Part shown: positions 1 through 11,400 of the stretch, piece by piece
Layout: every line of letters begins with the position of its first letter
Position numbering within the stretch: the stretch's first letter is position 1
Source: Eledone cirrhosa
Taxonomy: Eukaryota
DNA length: 64,000 nucleotides
Reading direction: 5' to 3'
NCBI GenBank assembly: GCA_964016885.1
Contig: OZ024747.1
Coordinates: forward strand, 29,760,001-29,824,000
The notes under the pieces: model-generated
Seen by the model: only the letters and a program-made list of their open reading frames with translations
Databases searched by the model: none
Told to the model about the DNA's origin: nothing
Program-made: the position numbers and the translations under genes

Positions 1-3000
1 GGGGGAGATAATTTGTAAAAAAAAATCAGGGGGAGATAATTTGTAAAAAAAAATCAGGGGGAGATAATTTGTAAAAAAAATCAGGGGTAGATAATTTCCA
101 GCCGTCCAAGGGGAGATAATTTCCATCCTTCCAAGGGGAGATAATTTCCAGCCGTCCAAGGGGAGATAATTTCCCGCCAGCCAAGGAGAGATAATATTTA
201 AAAAAATCAGGCGGAGATAATTTGTAAAAAAAATCAGGGGGAGATAATTTGTAAAAAAATCAGGGGGAGATAATTTGTAAAAAAAAATCAGGGGGAGATA
301 ATTTGTAAAAAAAAATCAGGGGGAGATAATTTGTAAAAAAAAATCAGGGGGAGATAATTTGTAAAAAAAATCAAGGGGAGATAATTTCCAGCCGTCCAAG
401 GGGAGATAATTTTCAGCCGTCCAAGGAGAGGTAAATTCTAGCCGTCCAAGGGGAGATAATTTCCAGCCGTCCAAGGGGAGATAATTTTTAAAAAAAAATC
501 AGGCGGAGATAATTTGTAAACAAAAATCAGGGGGAGATAATTTTTAGAAAAAAATCAGGGGGAGATAATTTGTAAAAAAAAATCAGGGGGAGATAATTTG
601 TAAAAAAATCAAGGGGAGATAATTTCCAGCCGTCCAAGGGGAGGTAATATCTAGCCATCCAAGGGGAGATAATTTCCAGCCGTCCAAGGGGAGATAATTT
701 CCAGCCGTCCAAGGGGAGATAATATCCAGCCGTCCAAGGAGACATATTTTCCAGCCGTCCAAGGAGAGGTAATTTCTAGCCGTCCAAGGGGAGATAAGTT
801 CCAGCCTCCAAGGGGAGATAATTTCCAGCCAGCCAAGGGGAGATAATTTCTAAAAAAATCAGGGGGGAGATAATTTGTAAAAAAAATCAGGGGGAGATAA
901 TTTGAAAAAACATCAGGGGGAGATAATTTGTAAAAAATATCAAGGGGAGATAATTTCCAGCCCTCCAAGGGGCTATAATTTCCAGCCGTGCAAGGGGAGA
1001 TAATTTCCAGCCGTCCAAGGGGAGATAATTTCCATCCTTCCAAGGGGAGATAATTTCCAGCCGTCCAAGGGGAGATAATTTCCCGCCAGCCAAGGGAAGA
1101 TAATTTTTTAAAAAATCAGGCGGAGATTGTAAAAAAAATCAGGGGGAGATAATTTGTAAAAAAATCAGGGGGAGATAATTTGTAAAAAAAAAATCAGGGG
1201 GAGATAATTTGTAAAAAAAAATCAGGGGGAGATAATTTGTAAAAAAAATCAGGGGGAGATAATTTGTAAAAAAAATCAGGGGTAGATAATTTGTAAAAAA
1301 AATCAGGGGGAGATAATTTGTAAAAAAAATCAGGGGGAGATAATTTGTAAAATAAATCAGGGGTAGATAATTTTCAGCCGTCCAAGGGGAGATAATTTCC
1401 ATCCTTCCAAGGGGAGATAATTTCCAGCCGTCCAAGGGGAGATAATTTCCCGCCAGCCAAGGAGAGATAACATTTAAAAAAATCAGGCGGAGATAATTTG
1501 TAAAAAAATCAGGGGGAGATAATTTGTAAAAAAAATCAGGGGTAGATAATTTTCAGCCGTCCAAGGGGAGATAATTTCCATCCTTCCAAGGGGAGATAAT
1601 TTCCAGCCGTCCAAGGGGAGATAATTTCCCGCCAGCCAAGGAGAGATAACATTTAAAAAAATCAGGGGGAGATAATTTGTAAAAAAAAATCAGGGGGAGA
1701 TAATTCGTAAAAAAAAATCAGGGGGAGATAATTTGTAAAAAAAAATCAGGGGTAGATAATTTGTAAAAAAAAATCAGGGGGAGATAATTTGTAAAAAAAA
1801 AATCAGGGGGAGATAATTTGTAAAAAAATCAAGGGGAGATAATTTCCAGCCGTCCAAGGGGAGATAATTTTCAGCCGTCCAAGGAGAGGTAATTTCTAGC
1901 CGTCCAAGGGGAGATAATTTCCAGCCGTCCAAGGGGAGATAATTTTTTAAAAAAAATCAGGCGGAGATAATTTGTAAACAGAAATCAGGGGGAGATAATT
2001 TGTAAAAAAAAATCAGGGGGAGATAATTTGTAAAAAAAAATCAGGGGGAGATAATTTGTAAAAAAAATCAAGGGGAGATAATTTCTAAAAAAAAATCAGG
2101 GGTAGATAATTTGTAAAAAAAAATCAGGGGGAGATAATTTGTAAAAAAAAAATCAGGGGGAGATAATTTGTAAAAAAATCAAGGGGAGATAATTTCCAGC
2201 CGTCCAAGGGGAGATAATTTTCAGCCGTCCAAGGACAGGTAATTTCTAGCCGTCCAAGGGGAGATAATTTCCAGCCAGCCAAGGGGAGATAATTTGTAAA
2301 AAAATCAGGGGTAGATAATTTGTAAAAAAAAATCTGGGGGAGATAATTTGTAAAAAAAATCAGGGGGAGATAATTTGTAAAAAAAATCAGGGGTAGATAA
2401 TTTCCAGCCGTCCAAGGGGAGATAATTTCCATCCTTCCAAGGGGAGATAATTTCCAGCCGTCCAAGGGGAGATAATTTCAGGCCAGCCAAGGAGAGATAA
2501 CATTTAAAAAAATCAGGCGGAGATAATTTGTAAAAAAAATCAGGGGGAGATAATTTGTAAAAAAATCAGGGGGAGATAATTTGTAAAAAAAATCAGGGGT
2601 AGATAATTTCCAGCCGTCCAAGGGGAGATAATTTCCATCCTTCCAAGGGGAGATAATTTCCAGCCGTCCAAGGGGAGATAATTTCCCGCCAGCCAAGGAG
2701 AGATAATATTTAAAAAAATCAGGCGGAGATAATTTGTAAAAAAAATCAGGGGGAGATAATTTGTAAAAAAATCAGGGGGAGATAATTTGTAAAAAAAAAT
2801 CAGGGGAGATAATTTGTAAAAAAAAATCAGGGGGAGATAATTTGTAAAAAAAAATCAGGGGTAGATAATTTGTAAAAAAAAATCAGGGGGAGATAATTTG
2901 TAAAAAAAAAATCAGGGGGAGATAATTTGTAAAAAAATCAAGGGGAGATAATTTCCAGCCGTCCAAGGGGAGATAATTTTCAGCCGTCCAAGGAGGTAAT

Positions 3001-6000
3001 TTCTAGCCGTCCAAGGGGAGATAATTTCCAGCCGTCCAAGGGGATATAATTTTTTTTAAAAAATCAGGCGGAGATAATTTGTAAACAAAAATCAGGGGGA
3101 GATAATTTGTAAAAAAAAATCAGGGGGAGATAATTTGTAAAAAAAAATCAGGGGGAGATAATTTGTAAAAAAAATCAAGGGGAGATAATTTCCAGCCGTC
3201 CAAGGGGAGGTAATATCTAGCCATCCAAGGGGAGATAATTTCCAGCCGTCCAAGGGGAGATAATTTCCAGCCGTCCAAGGGGAGATAATATCCAGCCGTC
3301 CAAGGAGACATATTTTCCAGCCGTCCAAGGAGAGGTAATTTCTAGCCGTCCAAGGGGAGATAAGTTCCAGCCTCCAAGGGGAGAAAATTTCCAGCCAGCC
3401 AAGGGGAGATAATTTGTAAAAAAATCAGGGGGAGATAATTTGTAAAAAAAAAATCAGGGGGAGATAATTTGTAAAAAAATCAGGGGGAGATAATTTGTAA
3501 AAAAAAAATCAGGGGGAGATAATTTGTAAAAAAAATCAGGGGGAGATAATTTGTAGAAAAAATCAGGGGTAGATAATTTGTAAAAAAAATCAGGAGGAGA
3601 TAATTTGTAAAAAAAATCAGGGGGAGATAATTTGTAAAAAAAATCAGGGGGAGATAATTTGTAAAAAAATCAGGGGGAGATAATTTGTAAAAAAAATCAG
3701 GGGTAGATAATTTCCAGCCGTCCAAGGGGAGATAATTTCCATCCTTCCAAGGGGAGATAATTTCCAGCCGTCCAAGGGGAGATAATTTCCCGCCAGCCAA
3801 GGAGAGATAATATTTAAAAAATCAGGCGGAGATAATTTGTAAAAAAAATCAGGGGGAGATAATTTGTAAAAAAATCAGGGGGAGATAATTTGTAAAAAAA
3901 AATCAGGGGGAGATAATTTGTAAAAAAAATCAGGGGGAGATAATTTGTAAAAAAAATCAGGGGTAGATAATTTGTAAAAAAAAATCAGGGGGAGATAATT
4001 TGTAAAAAAAAAATCAGGGGGAGATAATTTGTAAAAAAATCAAGGGGAGATAATTTCCAGCCGTCCAAGGGGAGATAATTTTCAGCCGTCCAAGGAGAGG
4101 TAATTTCTAGCCGTCCAAGGGGAGATAATTTCCAGCCGTCCAAGGGGAGATAATTTTTTTAAAAAAATCAGGCGGAGATAATTTGTAAGCAAAAATCAGG
4201 GGGAGATAATTTGTAAAAAAAAATCAGGGGGAGATAATTTGTAAAAAAAAAATCAGGGGGTGATAATTTGTAAAAAAATCAAGGGGAGATAATTTCCAGC
4301 CGTCCAAGGGGAGATAATTTCCAGCCGTCCAAGGGGAGATAATATCCGGCCGTCCAAGGAGACATATTTTCCAGCCGTCCAAGGAGAGGTAATTTCTAGC
4401 CGTCCAAGGGGAGATAAGTTCCAGCCTCCAAGGGGAGATAATTTCCAGCCAGCCAAGGGGAGATTTGTAAAAAAATCAGGGGGAGATAATTTGTAAAAAA
4501 AAAATCAGGGGGAGATAATTTGTAAAAAAAAAATCAGGGGGTGATAATTTGTAAAAAAATCAAGGGGAGATAATTTCCAGCCGTCCAAGGGGAGATAATT
4601 TTCAGCCGTCCAAGGAGAGGTAATTTCTAGCCGTCCAAGGGGAGATAATTTCCAGCCAGCCAAGGGGAGATAATTTGTAAAAAAATCAGGGGTAGATAAT
4701 TTGTAAAAAAAAATCAGGGGGAGATAATTTGTAAGAAAAATCAGGGGGAGATAATTTGTAAAAAAAATCAGGGGTAGATAATTTCCAGCCGTCCAAGGGG
4801 AGATAATTTCCATCCTTCCAAGGGGAGATAATTTCCAGCCGTCCAAGGGGAGATAATTTCCCGCCAGCCAAGGAGAGATAACATTTAAAAAAATCAGGCG
4901 GAGATAATTTGTAAAAAAAATCAGGGGGAGATAATTTGTAAAAAAATCAGGGGGAGATAATTTGTAAAAAAAAAATCAGGGGGAGATAATTTGTAAAAAA
5001 AATCAGGGGGAGATAATTTGTAAAAAAAATCAGGGGTAGATAATTTGTAAAAAAAATCAGGGGGAGATAATTTGTAAAAAAAATCAGGGGGAGATAATTT
5101 GTAAAAAAAATCAGGGGTAGATAATTTCCAGCCGTCCAAGGGGAGATAATTTCCATCCTTCCAAGGGGAGATAATTTCCAGCCGTCCAAGGGGAGATAAT
5201 TTCCCGCCAGCCAAGGAGAGATAACATTTAAAAAAATCAGGCGGAGATAATTTGTAAAAAAAATCAGGGGGAGATAATTTGTAAAAAAATCAGGGGGAGA
5301 TAATTTGTAAAAAAAATCAGGGGTAGATAATTTCCAGCCGTCCAAGGGGAGATAATTTCCATCCTTCCAAGGGGAGATAATTTCCAGCCGTCCAAGGGGA
5401 GATAATTTCCCGCCAGCCAAGGAGAGATAATATTTAAAAAAATCAGGCGGAGATAATTTGTAAAAAAAATCAGGGGGAGATAATTTGTAAAAAAATCAGG
5501 GGGAGATAATTTGTAAAAAAAAATCAGGGGAGATAATTTGTAAAAAAAATCAGGGGGAGATAATTTGTAAAAAAAATCAGGGGTAGATAATTTGTAAAAA
5601 AAAATCGGGGAGATAATTTGTAAAAAAAAAATCAGGGGGAGATAATTTGTAAAAAAATCAAGGGGAGATAATTTCCAGCCGTCCAAGGGGAGATAATTTT
5701 CAGCCGTCCAAGGAGGTAATTTCTAGCCGTCCAAGGGGAGATAATTTCCAGCCGTCCAAGGGGAGATAATTTTTTTTAAAAAATCAGGCGGAGATAATTT
5801 GTAAACAAAAATCAGGGGGAGATAATGTGTAAAAAAAAATCAGGGGGAGATAATTTGTAAAAAAAAATCATGGGGAGATAATTTGTAAAAAAATTCAGGG
5901 GTAGATAATTTCCAGCCGTCCAAGGGGAGATAATTTCCATCCTTCCAAGGGGAGATAATTTCCAGCCGTCCAAGGGGAGATAATTTCCCGCCAGCCAAGG

Positions 6001-9000
6001 AGAGATAATATTTAAAAAAATCAGGCGGGGATAATTTGTAAAAAAAATCAGGGGGAGATAATTTGTAAAAAAATCAGGGGGAGATAATTTGTAAAAAAAA
6101 ATCAGGGGGAGATAATTTGTAAAAAAAAATCAGGGGGAGATAATTTGTAAAAAAAAATCAGGGGGAGATAATTTGTAAAAAAAATCAAGGGGAGATAATT
6201 TCCAGCCGTCCAAGGGGAGATAATTTTCAGCCGTCCAAGGAGAGGTAAATTCTAGCCGTCCAAGGGGAGATAATTTCCAGCCGTCCAAGGGGAGATAATT
6301 TTTAAAAAAAAATCAGGCGGAGATAATTTGTAAACAAAAATCAGGGGGAGATAATTTTTAAAAAAAAATCAGGGGGAGATAATTTGTAAAAAAAAATCAG
6401 GGGGAGATAATTTGTAAAAAAAATCAAGGGGAGATAATTTCCAGCCGTCCAAGGGGAGGTAATATCTAGCCATCCAAGGGGAGATAATTTCCAGCCGTCC
6501 AAGGGGAGATAATTTCCAGCCGTCCAAGGGGAGATAATATCCAGCCGTCCAAGGAGACATATTTTCCAGCCGTCCAAGGAGAGGTAATTTCTAGCCGTCC
6601 AAGGGGAGATAAGTTCCAGCCTCCAAGGGGAGATAATTTCCAGCCAGCCAAGGGGAGATAATTTCTAAAAAAATCAGGGGGGAGATAATTTGTAAAAAAA
6701 ATCAGGGGGAGATAATTTGAAAAAAACATCAGGGGGAGATAATTTGTAAAAAATATCAAGGGGAGATAATTTCCAGCCCTCCAAGGGGCTATAATTTCCA
6801 GCCGTGCAAGGGGAGATAATTTCCAGCCGTCCAAGGGGAGATAATTTCCATCCTTCCAAGGGGAGATAATTTCCAGCCGTCCAAGGGGAGATAATTTCCC
6901 GCCAGCCAAGGGAAGATAATTTTTTAAAAAATCAGGCGGAGATTGTAAAAAAAATCAGGGGGAGATAATTTGTAAAAAAATCAGGGGGAGATAATTTGTA
7001 AAAAAAAAATCAGGGGGAGATAATTTGTAAAAAAAAATCAGGGGGAGATAATTTGTAAAAAAAATCAGGGGGAGATAATTTGTAAAAAAAATCAGGGGTA
7101 GATAATTTGTAAAAAAAATCAGGGGGAGATAATTTGTAAAAAAAATCAGGGGGAGATAATTTGTAAAAAAAATCAGGGGTAGATAATTTTCAGCCGTCCA
7201 AGGGGAGATAATTTCCATCCTTCCAAGGGGAGATAATTTCCAGCCGTCCAAGGGGAGATAATTTCCCGCCAGCCAAGGAGAGATAACATTTAAAAAAATC
7301 AGGCGGAGATAATTTGTTAAAAAATCAGGGGGAGATAATTTGTAAAAAAAATCAGGGGTAGATAATTTTCAGCCGTCCAAGGGGAGATAATTTCCATCCT
7401 TCCAAGGGGAGATAATTTCCAGCCGTCCAAGGGGAGATAATTTCCCGCCAGCCAAGGAGAGATAACATTTAAAAAAATCAGGGGGAGATAATTTGTAAAA
7501 AAAAATCAGGGGGAGATAATTCGTAAAAAAAAATCAGGGGGAGATAATTTGTAAAAAAAAAATCAGGGGTAGATAATTTGTAAAAAAAAATCAGGGGGAG
7601 ATAATTTGTAAAAAAAAAATCAGGGGGAGATAATTTGTAAAAAAATCAAGGGGAGATAATTTCCAGCCGTCCAAGGGGAGATAATTTTCAGCCGTCCAAG
7701 GAGAGGTAATTTCTAGCCGTCCAAGGGGAGATAATTTCCAGCCGTCCAAGGGGAGATAATTTTTAAAAAAAAATCAGGCGGAGATAATTTGTAAACAAAA
7801 ATCAGGGGGAGATAATTTGTAAAAAAAAATCAGGGGGAGATAATTTGTAAAAAAAAATCAGGGGGAGATAATTTGTAAAAAAAATCAAGGGGAGATAATT
7901 TGTAAAAAAAAATCAGGGGTAGATAATTTGTAAAAAAAAATCAGGGGGAGATAATTTGTAAAAAAAAAATCAGGGGGAGATAATTTGTAAAAAAATCAAG
8001 GGGAGATAATTTCCAGCCGTCCAAGGGGAGATAATTTTCAGCCGTCCAAGGACAGGTAATTTCTAGCCGTCCAAGGGGAGATAATTTCCAGCCAGCCAAG
8101 GGGAGATAATTTGTAAAAAAATCAGGGGTAGATAATTTGTAAAAAAAAATCAGGGGGAGATAATTTGTAAAAAAAATCAGGGGGAGATAATTTGTAAAAA
8201 AAATCAGGGGTAGATAATTTCCAGCCGTCCAAGGGGAGATAATTTCCATCCTTCCAAGGGGAGATAATTTCCAGCCGTCCAAGGGGAGATAATTTCCCGC
8301 CAGCCAAGGAGAGATAACATTTAAAAAAATCAGGCGGAGATAATTTGTAAAAAAAATCAGTGGGAGATAATTTGTAAAAAAATCAGGGGGAGATAATTTG
8401 TAAAAAAAATCAGGGGTAGATAATTTCCAGCCGTCCAAGGGGAGATAATTTCCATCCTTCCAAGGGGAGATAATTTCCAGCCGTCCAAGGGGAGATAATT
8501 TCCCGCCAGCCAAGGAGAGATAATATTTAAAAAAATCAGGCGGAGATAATTTGTAAAAAAAATCAGGGGGAGATAATTTGTAAAAAAATCAGGGGGAGAT
8601 AATTTGTAAAAAAAAATCAGGGGAGATAATTTGTAAAAAAAATCAGGGGGAGATAATTTGTAAAAAAAAATCAGGGGTAGATAATTTGTAAAAAAAAATC
8701 AGGGGGAGATAATTTGTAAAAAAAAAATCAGGGGGAGATAATTTGTAAAAAAATCAAGGGGAGATAATTTCCAGCCGTCCAAGGGGAGATAATTTTCAGC
8801 CGTCCAAGGAGGTAATTTCTAGCCGTCCAAGGGGAGATAATTTCCAGCCGTCCAAGGGGATATAATTTTTTTTAAAAAATCAGGCGGAGATAATTTGTAA
8901 ACAAAAATCAGGGGGAGATAATTTGTAAAAAAAAATCAGGGGGAGATAATTTGTAAAAAAAAATCAGGGGGAGATAATTTGTAAAAAAAATCAAGGGGAG

Positions 9001-11400
9001 ATAATTTCCAGCCGTCCAAGGGGAGGTAATATCTAGCCATCCAAGGGGAGATAATTTCCAGCCGTCCAAGGGGAGATAATTTCCAGCCGTCCAAGGGGAG
9101 ATAATATCCAGCCGTCCAAGGAGACATATTTTCCAGCCGTCCAAGGAGAGGTAATTTCTAGCCGTCCAAGGGGAGATAAGTTCCAGCCTCCAAGGGGAGA
9201 AAATTTCCAGCCAGCCAAGTGGAGATAATTTGTAAAAAAATCAGGGGGAGATAATTTGTAAAAAAAAAATCAGGGGGAGATAATTTGTAAAAAAATCAGG
9301 GGGAGATAATTTGTAAAAAAAAAATCAGGGGGAGATAATTTGTAAAAAAAATCAGGGGGAGATAATTTGTAGAAAAAATCAGGGGTAGATAATTTGTAAA
9401 AAAAATCAGGGGGAGATAATTTGTAAAAAAAATCAGGGGGAGATAATTTGTAAAAAAAATCAGGGGTAGATAATTTTCAGCCGTCCAAGGGGAGATAATT
9501 TCCATCCTTCCAAGGGGAGATAATTTCCAGCCGTCCAAGGGGAGATAATTTCCCGCCAGCCAAGGAGAGATAACATTTAAAAAATCAGGCGGAGATAATT
9601 TGTAAAAAAAATCAGGGGGAGATAATTTGTAAAAAAATCAGGGGGAGATAATTTGTAAAAAAAATCAGGGGTAGATAATTTCCAGCCGTCCAAGGGGAGA
9701 TAATTTCCATCCTTCCAAGGGGAGATAATTTCCAGCCGTCCAAGGGGAGATAATTTCCCGCCAGCCAAGGAGAGATAATATTTAAAAAAATCAGGCGGAG
9801 ATAATTTGTAAAAAAAATCAGGGGGAGATAATTTGTAAAAAAATCAGGGGGAGATAATTTGTAAAAAAAAATCAGGGGGAGATAATTTGTAAAAAAAATC
9901 AGGGGGAGATAATTTGTAAAAAAAAATCAGGGGTAGATAATTTGTAAAAAAAAATCAGGGGGAGATAATTTGTAAAAAAAAAATCAGGGGGAGATAATTT
10001 GTAAAAAAATCAAGGGGAGATAATTTCCAGCCGTCCAAGGGGAGATAATTTTCAGCCGTCCAAGGAGAGGTAATTTCTAGCCGTCCAAGGGGAGATAATT
10101 TCCAGCCGTCCAAGGGGAGATAATTTTTTTAAAAAAATCAGGCGGAGATAATTTGTAAACAAAAATCAGGGGGAGATAATTTGTAAAAAAAAATCAGGGG
10201 GAGATAATTTGTAAAAAAAAAATCAGGGGGTGATAATTTGTAAAAAAATCAAGGGGAGATAATTTCCAGCCGTCCAAGGGGAGATAATTTTCAGCCGTCC
10301 AAGGAGAGGTAATTTCTAGCCGTCCAAGGGGAGATAATTTCCAGCCAGCCAAGGGGAGATAATTTGTAAAAAAATCAGGGGTAGATAATTTGTAAAAAAA
10401 AATCAGGGGGAGATAATTTGTAAAAAAAATCAGGGGGAGATAATTTGTAAAAAAATCAGGGGGAGATAATTTGTAAAAAAAATCAGGGGGAGATAATTTG
10501 TAAAAAAATCAGGGGGAGATAATTTGTAAAAAAAAAATCAGGGGGATATAATTTGTAAAAAAAATCAGGGCGAGATAATTTGTAAAAAAAATCAGGGGTA
10601 GATAATTTGTAAAAAAAATCAGGGGGAGATAATTTGTAAAAAAAATCAGGGGGAGATAATTTGTAAAAAAAATCAGGGGTAGATAATTTCCAGCCGTCCA
10701 AGGGGAGATAATTTCCATCCTTCCAAGGGGAGATAATTTCCAGCCGTCCAAGGGGAGATAATTTCCCGCCAGCCAAGGAGAGATAACATTTAAAAAAATC
10801 AGGCGGAGATAATTTGTAAAAAAAATCAGGGGGAGATAATTTGTAAAAAAATCAGTGGGAGATAATTTGTAAAAAAAATCAGGGGTAGATAATTTCCAGC
10901 CGTCCAAGGGGAGATAATTTCCATCCTTCCAAGGGGAGATAATTTCCAGCCGTCCAAGGGGAGATAATTTCCCGCCAGCCAAGGAGAGATAATATTTAAA
11001 AAAATCAGGCGGAGATAATTTGTAAAAAAAATCAGGGGGAGATAATTTGTAAAAAAATCAGGGGGAGATAATTTGTAAAAAAAAATCAGGGGAGATAATT
11101 TGTAAAAAAAATCAGGGGGAGATAATTTGTAAAAAAAATCAGGGGTAGATAATTTGTAAAAAAAAATCAGGGGGAGATAATTTGTAAAAAAAAAATCAGG
11201 GGGAGATAATTTGTAAAAAAATCAAGGGGAGATAATTTCCAGCCGTCCAAGGGGAGATAATTTTCAGCCGTCCAAGGAGGTAATTTCTAGCCGTCCAAGG
11301 GGAGATAATTTCCAGCCGTCCAAGGGGAGATAATTTTTTTAAAAAAATCAGGCGGAGATAATTTGTAAACAAAAATCAGGGGGAGATAATTTGTAAAAAA
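1..11400. repeat. ~5.8-kb tandem higher-order duplication inside satellite A (about 1-5814 vs 5815-11400)
   Basis: Rare variants pair at offset 5814-5817: GTAAATTCTA 431/6245, GGGGCTATAA..CCGTGCAA ~970/~6786, AATTCGTA 1706/7522, AAGGACAGG 2231/8048, GGGATATAA 3041/8857, GAGAAAATTT 3381/9197. The offset shifts to ~5560-5970 after whole-cassette indels. Confidence 0.88.
610..833. repeat. Satellite A cassette Z (example copy): nine consecutive A2-type monomers with fixed diagnostic variants
   Basis: Ordered variants GGAGGTAATATCTAGCCATC, GATAATATCC, GGAGACATATTTTCC, GAGAGGTAATTTCTAG, GATAAGTTCCAGCCTC (24 bp), CCAGCCAGC. The GACATAT marker recurs at 741, 3307, 4361, 6556, 9123, 11591, 12821, 14545, 17302, 18530, 19788, 21019, 21646. 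Confidence 0.92.
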
